A stretch of DNA of 58,963 nucleotides, filler included. It is 7 parts of 7 records of this genome, joined end to end, with 100 filler letters (N's around TTAATTAATTAA, not from the genome) between each part and the next. Parts side by side here need not be neighbours in the genome. Positions count along the whole stretch, not along the records: positions 16,925 to 23,279 come from SRR31156797_21220; positions 23,380 to 39,224 come from SRR31156797_21225; 5 more parts are not named here. One strand, given 5' to 3'. The notes beneath the pieces were generated by a model. The model had not been told where the DNA came from. It ran no database searches and worked only from the letters and a program-made list of their open reading frames with translations. Of the stretch, positions 19,664 to 28,570 are shown one piece after another. Made by a program: the position numbers and the translations under genes. Position 1 is the first letter of the stretch; every line of letters starts with the position of its first letter.

Positions 19664-19719
19664 TTCTCCTCCTAAAGATTATTATATTTTAAAAATTGAA
19701 AAACAAAATTGGATGAAAT

Positions 19720-19769
19720 AAAAAAAACTTAATTAAACCCACTAAAAAAGTGGAATATAATTAAGTTTT
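19720..19769 (-). terminator. Riboswitch-controlled terminator
   Basis: AAAACTTAATTA..CCACT/AGTGG..TAATTAAGTTTT plus U-tract. Its 5' arm (ATATTCCACTT) can alternatively pair with the aptamer P1 3' strand (AAGTGGATAT). Confidence 0.8.
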
Positions 19770-19777
19770 AAAAATAT

Positions 19778-19842
19778 CCACTTAGTAGGCTATTTCCGGT
19801 AGCCTGTAGAAACTCCTGACCATATTACAGGATTATAAGAGG
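19778..19842 (-). ncRNA. Purine (guanine-sensing) riboswitch aptamer
   Basis: CCTCTTA-TAATCCTG-TAATATGG-TCAGGA-GTTTCTAC-AGGCTA-CCGGAAA-TAGCCT-AC-TAAGTGG; the discriminator base is C. Confidence 0.95.
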
Positions 19843-19867
19843 TTTAATTCTATTTGATTGTCGACCA

Positions 19868-19896
19868 ATTATATCATAATTATATAATATTTACAA
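19868..19896 (-). promoter_or_regulatory. Sigma70 promoter for the riboswitch-permease transcript
   Basis: TTGTAA-17 bp-TATAAT with extended -10 TG. Confidence 0.7.
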
Positions 19897-19925
19897 TATC
19901 TTTTTCCCGTTATTCATTTATTTGA

Positions 19926-20801
19926 TTAATCATTCACTAACTCAATAAACTCTTTAGGAATATCCAGTTCGACATTTATATTTAGCTCTTTTATCTCTAA
20001 TTTATAGGAAAAAAGACACATATTTTTGCTTCCTGACACACCATATTTTCTATCACCCAAAATCGGAAGTCTATTTGATGCAAGTTGGACTCTAATCTGA
20101 TGTTTTCTTCCGGTAAGTAATTCTGCTTTTAAAATTGAATATGAGTTATTATGAGAAATTACATCAAAGTTTGTTTCTGAGTATTTTGCGCCTTCTTTTT
20201 CTGTTTTAAGTGCAATTATTTTTTTCCCGTTATTTAATAAATAATTTTTTATTGCAAATTTTTTCTCAGTAGGAACTCCTTTTACTACAGCATAATAGTA
20301 TTTTGACACATTTCTATCACGCATAAGTTCAGTTAATTTTCGAAGAGCAGGTAAATTTTTGGCACCAATTATAAGACCCGCTGTTGCTTTGTCTATTCTA
20401 TTAGCAAAAGCAAAATCATTATTTTGTAAATGAGCTTTAATCATCTCAGTTATACCATAGTCAAATCCACTTCCCTTATGCATAACCATCTCTGAAGGTT
20501 TCTTAAAAACTAAAACATCTTCTGTTTCATAAACAATATTAGCTTTAGTAAATTTATTCTCTTGTTCAGAAAGTTTTATAAATTCTATCTTTTTTTCAAC
20601 TGAATTAACAGATTCAAAAAAGGTTTTAATTATATCACCTTTTTTCAATCTATAATTTTCTTTAGACTTTTTTCCATTTACTTTAATTTTTCCCGTTCGA
20701 AGATACTTAAAAAGCATTCCTAACGGAACATCTTCAAATTTTTTACGAAGATATCTATCTAATCTTACACCATCATAATTATTGTCTATTATATACTCCA
20801 T
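19926..20801 (-). CDS. RluA-family pseudouridine synthase (S4 domain, RluC/D-like)
   Basis: RLDRYL S4 domain, NRIDKATAG catalytic Asp, TGRKHQIRVQ. Start set at ATG 20801 with an AGAGGG RBS. Confidence 0.92.
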   Translation of the reverse strand: MEYIIDNNYDGVRLDRYLRKKFEDVPLGMLFKYLRTGKIKVNGKKSKENYRLKKGDIIKTFFESVNSVEKKIEFIKLSEQENKFTKANIVYETEDVLVFKKPSEMVMHKGSGFDYGITEMIKAHLQNNDFAFANRIDKATAGLIIGAKNLPALRKLTELMRDRNVSKYYYAVVKGVPTEKKFAIKNYLLNNGKKIIALKTEKEGAKYSETNFDVISHNNSYSILKAELLTGRKHQIRVQLASNRLPILGDRKYGVSGSKNMCLFSYKLEIKELNINVELDIPKEFIELVND

Positions 20802-20861
20802 TTTCCCTCTTTCTAATTCATCTATATAAATCCACATAAAAATAAGCAGTAATATTACTGC

Positions 20862-21989
20862 TTATTTTGCTCCATATATTCTAATACTCTGCACAACTCC
20901 AAGCATCATAGCTGAAAATACAAGTGAACTCCCACCGTAACTCATAAGTAAAAGTGGAAGACCTGTAACAGGCATTATTCCTATTACCATTCCGATATTT
21001 ACAAGAGTATGAAAGAAAAATATACTTGCAATCCCATATGCTAAAAGCTGGCCATATTTATCTTCTGATTTTTGTCCAATTTTTATTATAGTTAATATTA
21101 AGCTTAAATACAGTAAAATTAATAACATTGACCCTACATAACCTGTTTCCTCTGATAAAACCGCAAAAATAAAATCAGTATGAGATTCCGGTAAAAATTT
21201 TAACTTATTTTGGGTTCCCTGGAAAAATCCTTTTCCTATAAGACCTCCGGATCCAACCGCTATCATTGACTGAATAACATTCCAACCACTTCCAAGAATA
21301 TCTGCTTCCGGATTCAAAAAAGTAAGTATTCTTTGTCTTTGATAACCTCTTAAAACAAAAAAATACGCAACCGGAATAAAAGCTAAACCACTAAAAATTA
21401 TAGTAAAATATGTTTTATAATCAATGCCATTCATAAAAATAAGTACCATATATAAAAATATTATTACCAGTGATGTTCCCAGATCAGGCTGCTTAATTAT
21501 TAAAAGAAATGGAGGCAATATATGTAATCCACATGTTATTACAGCCCTAAATCCTCTAAATCTGTTTTTATAACCATTAACTAATAACTCAGAAAATGTC
21601 ATAACTATAAATAATTTAGCAAATTCAGATGGTTGAATACTTAACGGGCCCACTCTTATCCATCTTGTTGCTCCCAATATTGTACTTCCAAATATATATA
21701 CTGATATCAAAAATAAAATATTAAACACATATATTATTTTTGAATACTTTGAATACAATCTAAAGTCAATAAATGAGAAAACTACAAAAACAATCGCCGC
21801 AACAACTGCAAAAATCGATTGTTTAATAACGAATATACTGGTTTTATTCAATGTTGCACTATAAATCGAAGTTAAGCTAATCGCAAATATAAATAAAATA
21901 TTTAGTATTAATACATTATCTACTTTTTTTAGTCTTCTAAAAAAAATTGATACACTTCGACTTCTTGAACTAGTCTTCATCGAGTACAT
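20862..21989 (-). CDS. rodA: Rod shape-determining protein RodA (SEDS family)
   Basis: GATRWI, IQPSEFAK, QPDLGT, PESHTDFIF and SYGGSS motifs. Confidence 0.93.
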   Translation of the reverse strand: MYSMKTSSRSRSVSIFFRRLKKVDNVLILNILFIFAISLTSIYSATLNKTSIFVIKQSIFAVVAAIVFVVFSFIDFRLYSKYSKIIYVFNILFLISVYIFGSTILGATRWIRVGPLSIQPSEFAKLFIVMTFSELLVNGYKNRFRGFRAVITCGLHILPPFLLIIKQPDLGTSLVIIFLYMVLIFMNGIDYKTYFTIIFSGLAFIPVAYFFVLRGYQRQRILTFLNPEADILGSGWNVIQSMIAVGSGGLIGKGFFQGTQNKLKFLPESHTDFIFAVLSEETGYVGSMLLILLYLSLILTIIKIGQKSEDKYGQLLAYGIASIFFFHTLVNIGMVIGIMPVTGLPLLLMSYGGSSLVFSAMMLGVVQSIRIYGAK

Positions 21990-22281
21990 TACCCTTTGCT
22001 ATTACTTTTACTTTTTTTACCGGTATTGAGATAGAAAGTCCCAAACTTCTTTCTCTCTCAGAGTGAACGTTATATTCAAGTCCACCTTCATCTATAATCA
22101 AATATTTTCTAAATACTTTTATCATATCTTTTTTTAAATCTTCTAATACATCTTGATTAATACTAGCTCTGTCCTGAGTGATTACAACTTTTAAACGATT
22201 ACTTGCAATACTTCCACTTGCTGAACTTGTGGCTCTTTTTGGTTTCGAACCTCCAAATAATGATTTAAACATTCCCCTCAT
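21970..22281 (-). CDS. minE: Cell division topological specificity factor
   Basis: IASNRLKVVITQDR...LKKDMIKVFRKY; lies directly after minD. Confidence 0.88.
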   Translation of the reverse strand: MRGMFKSLFGGSKPKRATSSASGSIASNRLKVVITQDRASINQDVLEDLKKDMIKVFRKYLIIDEGGLEYNVHSERERSLGLSISIPVKKVKVIAKGNVLDED

Positions 22282-22284
22282 CTC

Positions 22285-23079
22285 CTACTTTCTAAAAATA
22301 CTAATTAGTTTATCTACAAATCCTTGTTTTCCAGCTAAATCAAGGAAAGGAATATCTTCTCCCAATATTCTGCTACAAATATCATTATACGCTCGCGCAG
22401 CTTGAGTTTGAACATCTTTAATTACAGGTTCACCTCTATTGGTTGAAATAATAACAGCTTCATCATCAGGAATTAATCCAATCAGATCAACCTCTAAAGT
22501 ATCTTTTATTTCATCAACATTAATCATTTCACCTTTTTTAACCATATCAGGTCTGATTCTGTTTATTGCAAGTTTCATATCAGTTTTTCCATAAGAATCA
22601 AGTAAACCAATAATTCTATCAGCATCTCTTATTGCAGAGAGTTCCGGATTTGTTACGATAATTACTTCGTCTGCTCCAGCCACTGCATTTCTAAATCCTT
22701 GTTCAATCCCGGCAGGTGAATCAACAAATACAAAATCAAAATCTTCTTTTAATTCCTCTGTTAATTTAGCCATAGCTGCAGGTGATACAGATGTTTTATC
22801 CTTTGTTTGAGAAGCAGGTAACAATTGTAATTTTGACTTTAATTTTTTATCTTTAATCATTGCTTGTTTAAGAGTTGCTCTACCTTCTATTACATCTACT
22901 AAATCATAAACAATTCTATTTTCAAGCCCCATAACTAAATCCAAATTCCTAAGACCAATATCTGCATCTATAACCGCTACAGAGTATCCTCTTAAAGCTA
23001 AACCAGTACTTAAATTTGACACTGTTGTCGTTTTCCCAACTCCGCCCTTTCCAGACGTAATGGCATATACTCTACCCAT
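22285..23079 (-). CDS. minD: Septum site-determining ATPase
   Basis: SGKGGVGKTT, DIGLRNLD, IRDADRIIGLL and a C-terminal amphipathic helix. Confidence 0.97.
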   Translation of the reverse strand: MGRVYAITSGKGGVGKTTTVSNLSTGLALRGYSVAVIDADIGLRNLDLVMGLENRIVYDLVDVIEGRATLKQAMIKDKKLKSKLQLLPASQTKDKTSVSPAAMAKLTEELKEDFDFVFVDSPAGIEQGFRNAVAGADEVIIVTNPELSAIRDADRIIGLLDSYGKTDMKLAINRIRPDMVKKGEMINVDEIKDTLEVDLIGLIPDDEAVIISTNRGEPVIKDVQTQAARAYNDICSRILGEDIPFLDLAGKQGFVDKLISIFRK

Positions 23080-23138
23080 GTTTCCTCCTCATAATTTAAA
23101 TCAAAATAAACTTAGCTTTTTCAACCAAATTTATATAT

Positions 23139-23279
23139 CTATTTCCCTGTATGACCAAACCCACCGTGGTCTCTTTTAGTTTCTGATAGTTCATTTACTT
23201 CTTTCCAGTCACATTTATAAACCTTTTGAAGTACTAGTTGTCCAATACGTTCCTTTGGTTTTATATTATACGCCTCATT
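23139..23279 (-). CDS. dut: dUTPase, C-terminal fragment (5'-truncated; not in the ORF track)
   Basis: Translates ...KERIGQLVLQKV...ELSETKRDHGGFGHTGK* (motifs IV and V). Confidence 0.9.
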   Translation of the reverse strand, partial: NEAYNIKPKERIGQLVLQKVYKCDWKEVNELSETKRDHGGFGHTGK

Positions 23280-23379
23280 NNNNNNNNNNNNNNNNNNNNN
23301 NNNNNNNNNNNNNNNNNNNNNNNTTAATTAATTAANNNNNNNNNNNNNNNNNNNNNNNNNNNNNNNNNNNNNNNNNNNN
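23280..23379. other. Artificial contig linker
   Basis: N-run with TTAATTAATTAA. Confidence 0.99.
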
Positions 23380-23402
23380 AAGAAAATTAAAATAGAGAGA
23401 TA

Positions 23403-24692
23403 TTATCTCTCTTTTAAAGCTTCATCTTGATATCTGATCATTGGAGAGATGATATACTCTATCAATCTTCTTTTTGAAAGTTTGATATCAACTGTACACG
23501 TCATCCCTGGAATCAATCTAATAAATCGATTATCTACTTTCATAGTATCACTTTGAAGCTCAACAGTAATAGGATAGATCTCCCCTAATTGCTCATCTTT
23601 AATTGAAGCATGTTCAATATGGGTGATAATCCCTTCTATATATCCATACTTTGTAAATTTAAAACTATCGATTTTTACTTTTACTTTTTGTCCTACTGAG
23701 ATAAATCCTATATCTTGATTAAGTACCTTTGCCTCAACTTCCAAAGGAGAATTTGATGGGATAAGTTCCATTATGGTACTCCCTGATTGAACGATTTTAT
23801 TGGATAAATACTCTCTTAAATTATGGATCATCCCATCACTTGGCGCATGGATAGATTGGGATTCTAAAAGATAGTTCATCTTTTCAACTTGTGGTTTTAA
23901 GATATTAAGCTCCTTTTCAATCTCATAGAGCTTTTGTCCATACTCTTTTAGGATATTGTTTGTATTTTGTTCCATCTCATTTTTTGTAATGATTTGATCG
24001 GAGAGGAGTTTTTGGACTTGGAGCTGTTTGATTTGCAGATCTTTTTCTATTGAGATATATTCAGCTTCCATATCTTTTAAAGTATTATCCGATTTAAGTC
24101 CTTTTTGCACTAGAGGAATTAGTTGATCCACTTTCCCTTTTGTAAAGGGAAGAAGCTTGGTGAGTTTATCCACTTCCAAACGGGCTATCTCTATCTCATC
24201 TTCCAATCTTTTGAGTTTTGATTCATATGTAGTCATATCACTTTTATATGAAGCGATATAACTATTTAAAATTCTACTAGTGTTTTTATCTTTTGTATCG
24301 TGTGAGTTTTTATCTATAAAGTCTATAAAGCCTTGTAAAAGGGTTTGTTCAAACACTAGATTATCATATTGTGCTTTGGTTTGTTTATATTCAAAGCTTT
24401 CAAGGTCTTTTTTAAAAGATACTAACAAATCCCCTTTTTTCACATTTTGACCATTTCTTACATAGATCGTCTCAATAGTACTTAACTCTTTTGTTTGGAT
24501 AGGTATCATTTGAGATGAAGTGATTATTTTTCCTTGAGATGGAACAATCACATCAATCTCACTCATAGTAAGCCAAATCACTACTGTTATAATAAACAAT
24601 CCAATAGAAGATGGGATCATCCACAATAAAAAAGAAGGTTTTTTAAAAATAACCGATTCAATACCTGGGATAAATTCAATATTTTCTTTCAT
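23403..24692 (-). CDS. hlyD: HlyD-family type I secretion periplasmic adaptor
   Basis: Single TM helix, VRNGQNVKKGD, coiled coil, DIGFISVGQ, PGMTCTVDI and IEYIISP motifs. Confidence 0.93.
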   Translation of the reverse strand: MKENIEFIPGIESVIFKKPSFLLWMIPSSIGLFIITVVIWLTMSEIDVIVPSQGKIITSSQMIPIQTKELSTIETIYVRNGQNVKKGDLLVSFKKDLESFEYKQTKAQYDNLVFEQTLLQGFIDFIDKNSHDTKDKNTSRILNSYIASYKSDMTTYESKLKRLEDEIEIARLEVDKLTKLLPFTKGKVDQLIPLVQKGLKSDNTLKDMEAEYISIEKDLQIKQLQVQKLLSDQIITKNEMEQNTNNILKEYGQKLYEIEKELNILKPQVEKMNYLLESQSIHAPSDGMIHNLREYLSNKIVQSGSTIMELIPSNSPLEVEAKVLNQDIGFISVGQKVKVKIDSFKFTKYGYIEGIITHIEHASIKDEQLGEIYPITVELQSDTMKVDNRFIRLIPGMTCTVDIKLSKRRLIEYIISPMIRYQDEALKER

Positions 24693-26839
24693 TATTTGAT
24701 CTCACTTAAAATATTTTGTGCCTTACAAAGTGCTCTAAAGTAACCCTTTGGTTTTCCTAAAAGCTCCTCTTTTGTTCCTGATTCTATGATCTTTCCTTGA
24801 TGCAAGCTAATAATACGCTCAGCAATTTTTAAAACAGATACCCTATGGGAGATGATAAAAACTGTACGATTTTTACAGATCTGTTGAAGATTATTTTGGA
24901 TAAGCATCTCTGATTCAAAATCGATAGCATTGGTCGCTTCATCCAAGATCAAAATTCTAGGATCATTAATCAAAGCTCTTGCTATAGCGATACGTTGTCG
25001 CTCACCAGTAGAGAGGAGTGAGCCTTTTTCTCCAACAATAGTATCATAGGCCTGAGGCAGTTTTTTTATAAAGGTATCAGCTCCACTTAATACACACACT
25101 TTTTCGATCTCTTCCATTGTAGCATTTGGATTGACAAGAGTAATATTATCTTTTATAGATTTATTAAGTAAGACATTATCTTGCATCACCATACCCATCT
25201 GTTTTCTAAGCCAATTAGGATCAATATTCGCAGTATCGATACCATCAATAAGTATTTTTCCAGAGGTTGGCATATAGAGTCTTTGAAGAAGCCTTAAAAG
25301 GGTTGTTTTTCCAGAGCCAGAATGCCCTACAATACCAACAATTTGACCTTTTGGAATAGTAAAATTTACTGAGTCTAACACTAAAGGAAGCTCCTCATTA
25401 TAACGAAATGAGACATTTTTAAAAGTGATCTCCCCTTTTATTGGAGGAAGATTAGAGTTTACAGCATTGATAGCGATCTCTTGGTTTGTACGAAAGATCT
25501 CTTTGATTCTATTTGCTGAGATCTTCACTTGATAGATCTGTTGGAGTGTTTGAGCGATTCTTTGTGCTGGAGCCATAATTCTTCCAATAAGCATATTAAA
25601 AGCGATAAGCTGCCCTGCTGTCATTGAATCATTTAATACCGCTAAAGCTCCTATCCATAGACATAATGCTACAGTTAGTTTATTAATAAGTCCTGCTATT
25701 TGAGTGATATTCCCTGAGATACTATTTGTTTTATCATTGTATTTTACTTGTGCAGAGAGATTCTCTTCATAGTCCCTTCTTATAGTTGGCTCGATCGACA
25801 TCGATTTAATTGTCTCAATAGAGCTAACACAATCAAAGAGATACGATTGAGAGTCATTAGCTAACTGCATCTTTTTTTTCAGTCTCTCTTTTAACATCGC
25901 ATTTCCAACTCCATAGAGTAAAAACATCAAAACAATAGCCACGATCACGATCCCTGTAAGTGCAGGAGAAAACATAAACATCACAATAATAAAGATCACT
26001 CCAAAAGGAAAGTCAATCACTACTGCTAAAAACCCTGAACTTATAAAGTTTCTAATATATTCTATCTCTTTAAATCTAGCTACCGTATCTCCTGATTGTT
26101 TGGCACTAAAAAAACCTAAAGGTAGAGAGGTCAGATGCCTAAAAAACTTTGATACCATGGTCACATCAACAATATTGGTCACATGACTTAAAAGATGTTT
26201 TCTAAAATACCCGATAATAAAATCAAATAAAGCAATAGCAAATAATCCAATAATAAGCACCTCTAAAGTACTACTTCCACTTGAACTAAAAACCTTATCT
26301 ATAATGATCATAGTAAATAAAGGGGTGACAAGAGCAAATAACTGGATCACAAAAGCAGCAAATAAGATATGATAGATCACCTTATTATGTTTAAAAAACT
26401 CTTTGATAAACCATCGAAGTCCAAAGTTTGGGATAGCTGTAGAATCAGCATCAAACTTATTTGAAGAGAGTAGAATCACATGGGAAGTATAGAGTGTATC
26501 AAACTCTTCATGGGAGACTCTTTTACGTTCATGATGTTCAGTATCATAGATAAGGCACCCTTTTTCATCGATCTCAAATAAGATAGTAAATTGATCATTT
26601 TCAAGCTCAATTAAAAGTGGTAAAGGGTTTTTATAAAGTTTCTTTTTACTTATGGTCGTAGGTTTTACTTTTAAGTTATAATACTCTTTTGCCACATACA
26701 AGATATCTTTTTTTGTGATCTCTTTAGTCCCTAATTTATGGATAAGGTCATCGTATCGTATATCTATATTTTGAAGTTTTGTGATCAATAAAAAACAATC
26801 GATCAAACTATTATTTAAAGCAGGGGTATTATTTTTCAT
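24692..26839 (-). CDS. hlyB: HlyB-family type I secretion ABC transporter with N-terminal C39-like domain
   Basis: LVTPLFTMIIIDKV, GQLIAFNML, Walker A GHSGSGKT, LSTGERQR and ILDEAT motifs. Confidence 0.93.
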   Translation of the reverse strand: MKNNTPALNNSLIDCFLLITKLQNIDIRYDDLIHKLGTKEITKKDILYVAKEYYNLKVKPTTISKKKLYKNPLPLLIELENDQFTILFEIDEKGCLIYDTEHHERKRVSHEEFDTLYTSHVILLSSNKFDADSTAIPNFGLRWFIKEFFKHNKVIYHILFAAFVIQLFALVTPLFTMIIIDKVFSSSGSSTLEVLIIGLFAIALFDFIIGYFRKHLLSHVTNIVDVTMVSKFFRHLTSLPLGFFSAKQSGDTVARFKEIEYIRNFISSGFLAVVIDFPFGVIFIIVMFMFSPALTGIVIVAIVLMFLLYGVGNAMLKERLKKKMQLANDSQSYLFDCVSSIETIKSMSIEPTIRRDYEENLSAQVKYNDKTNSISGNITQIAGLINKLTVALCLWIGALAVLNDSMTAGQLIAFNMLIGRIMAPAQRIAQTLQQIYQVKISANRIKEIFRTNQEIAINAVNSNLPPIKGEITFKNVSFRYNEELPLVLDSVNFTIPKGQIVGIVGHSGSGKTTLLRLLQRLYMPTSGKILIDGIDTANIDPNWLRKQMGMVMQDNVLLNKSIKDNITLVNPNATMEEIEKVCVLSGADTFIKKLPQAYDTIVGEKGSLLSTGERQRIAIARALINDPRILILDEATNAIDFESEMLIQNNLQQICKNRTVFIISHRVSVLKIAERIISLHQGKIIESGTKEELLGKPKGYFRALCKAQNILSEIK

Positions 26840-28097
26840 TTATATATCCATTAAGTGTTGTTATAAAGTGTTCATCTAATTTATCAGTTTCATAATATAA
26901 ACTTGCAAGTTCGCTTAAAAGTAGATATTTATATTCTACATATTTATTATATTTTTCAAAGTATTTATTGGTCTCATCTAAAAGCTCAACCAAAGACTTC
27001 ATCCCTGAATTAAATTCCTCTTTTAAAGCAAGAAGACGTAACTCTTTAGCATCAATAATTCCAGGGTAAAGCGCTAGGATCTTTTGATATGTAGTGATCT
27101 TTAGATGACTGTTTTTGAGCTTCTCATATTGCTCCATTTTTAGATCCTCTAGCTCTTTTTGTTGCTGCTTTTGTTTAAGGCTTGACTGTTCAAGGTTGTG
27201 GTATTTTGAAAACCCTTCAAAAAGAGGGATCGTCAATACTAAACTTACAGTATTACTCTCACTACTTGTACCAACATCTAGATCAAGATATTCATAGTTT
27301 GCACTGAGTGTTGGCTCAAATTGAGTATATGCGATACTTTTATCGATATTTGATTGTTCTATTTTAATATGGGTGGTTTTTATCTCATAGTTATTCTCTA
27401 AAGCTGTTTCAAAATAATGAAAGTTTTGAATCTTTGAGGGGATCATATGGATGTTGTTATATACATCAATACCTTTTTGTAAAGTAAGTTTTTCTAAAAG
27501 TACTTTGAGATTTTCAAGCTCAAGTTCAAGCTCAAACTCAGAAGCATCTTGTTCATACTTTTGACTTAAACTCTCTTGATACTCTGCTTTTGAGATAAAC
27601 CCATGTTTATATTCAAGCTCTGCTTTTTGTACGATCTTTTCTATATGGTTTTTTTTATGACCACTAAGCTCTATTTGTTTCTTTTTAAAAAGAGTTTTTA
27701 AATAAGTTTGGATCACTTCTAAGACTAACTTTGCTTTTTCATTATGCATATCAAGCTGTGTTAAAGTAAAATTACTTTTCTCTTTTTTAGAGTTTAAGTA
27801 TTGGCTTCTATCATAAATAACCTGCTCTATATTTAAAGTTCCCTCTACACTTTTATTATCATCTTGCAAAGTTTTATCCCTAAAGCTAGTCTGAACATCA
27901 TAACTAAACTCTGCGGATGCGCTAGGATAATAAAATGATTTACTCTTATCTAGCTCTTTTTCTTGAATCTTATGAAGTAGTGTAGATATCTCAATCTTTG
28001 TACTATTTTCAAGAGCAAGATCTACAACCTCTTGAAGAGTATAAGTTTTTGAAAAAAGAGATAAAGAGAAAAATAGTAAAAAAATTACTATTTTCAT
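26829..28097 (-). CDS. TolC-family outer-membrane channel
   Basis: Signal peptide, duplicated OEP pattern (YYPSASA / FEPTLSA, TIPLFEG, SGMKSLVELLD), position in the T1SS operon. Confidence 0.88.
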   Translation of the reverse strand: MKIVIFLLFFSLSLFSKTYTLQEVVDLALENSTKIEISTLLHKIQEKELDKSKSFYYPSASAEFSYDVQTSFRDKTLQDDNKSVEGTLNIEQVIYDRSQYLNSKKEKSNFTLTQLDMHNEKAKLVLEVIQTYLKTLFKKKQIELSGHKKNHIEKIVQKAELEYKHGFISKAEYQESLSQKYEQDASEFELELELENLKVLLEKLTLQKGIDVYNNIHMIPSKIQNFHYFETALENNYEIKTTHIKIEQSNIDKSIAYTQFEPTLSANYEYLDLDVGTSSESNTVSLVLTIPLFEGFSKYHNLEQSSLKQKQQQKELEDLKMEQYEKLKNSHLKITTYQKILALYPGIIDAKELRLLALKEEFNSGMKSLVELLDETNKYFEKYNKYVEYKYLLLSELASLYYETDKLDEHFITTLNGYINEK

Positions 28098-28570
28098 GCT
28101 AGAGGCTTTTCATCAAGAATTTTATTGTTTTTCCCATCATATGTTACAATAGTTTGTTTCCCCTCTTTTGTGGTACTTTGGTATCGAAAGATCTTATCTT
28201 TTAACACACTTGTTCTAAGTGTTTCTATCATATACCCCTCTGTCTTATTAAGACTGATTAGATCAACGATCCAGTAGATATCTCCACTATCCCAGTCATC
28301 ATAAGCAAGTTTCCCTAGACCCATCTCAAGTCTTCTATTCACCTCTTCACTTACATTTGCCCAAAAAGCTATCCCTACACTTTTTTGATTATCATCTTTA
28401 AAAAGACGCAGTCTTTGTTTCATAAGTGGTGCTATTAAAAGCCACTCTAGATCACCTACAAACATACTATATCTATGTGGATTTGAATGGAGGATCACCC
28501 ATAAAGCCTCCCCTAAGATCTCCATCACTTTTGGTTTATTTGTATTACTGTTTTCTACTGGTTTTTCCAT
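28094..28570 (-). CDS. hlyC: RTX toxin-activating lysine acyltransferase (HlyC/CyaC family)
   Basis: LGEALW..HSNPHR (catalytic Ser/His), FWANVS, DWDSGD.YWIVD motifs; overlaps both neighbouring genes. Confidence 0.88.
   Translation of the reverse strand: MEKPVENSNTNKPKVMEILGEALWVILHSNPHRYSMFVGDLEWLLIAPLMKQRLRLFKDDNQKSVGIAFWANVSEEVNRRLEMGLGKLAYDDWDSGDIYWIVDLISLNKTEGYMIETLRTSVLKDKIFRYQSTTKEGKQTIVTYDGKNNKILDEKPLA

Noticed and set aside
18861-19721. 286-aa plus-strand ORF
   Set aside because: Antisense shadow of the NCS2 permease, with no recognisable motifs.
23080-23279. Expected minC upstream of minD
   Set aside because: Translation gives the dUTPase C-terminus instead.
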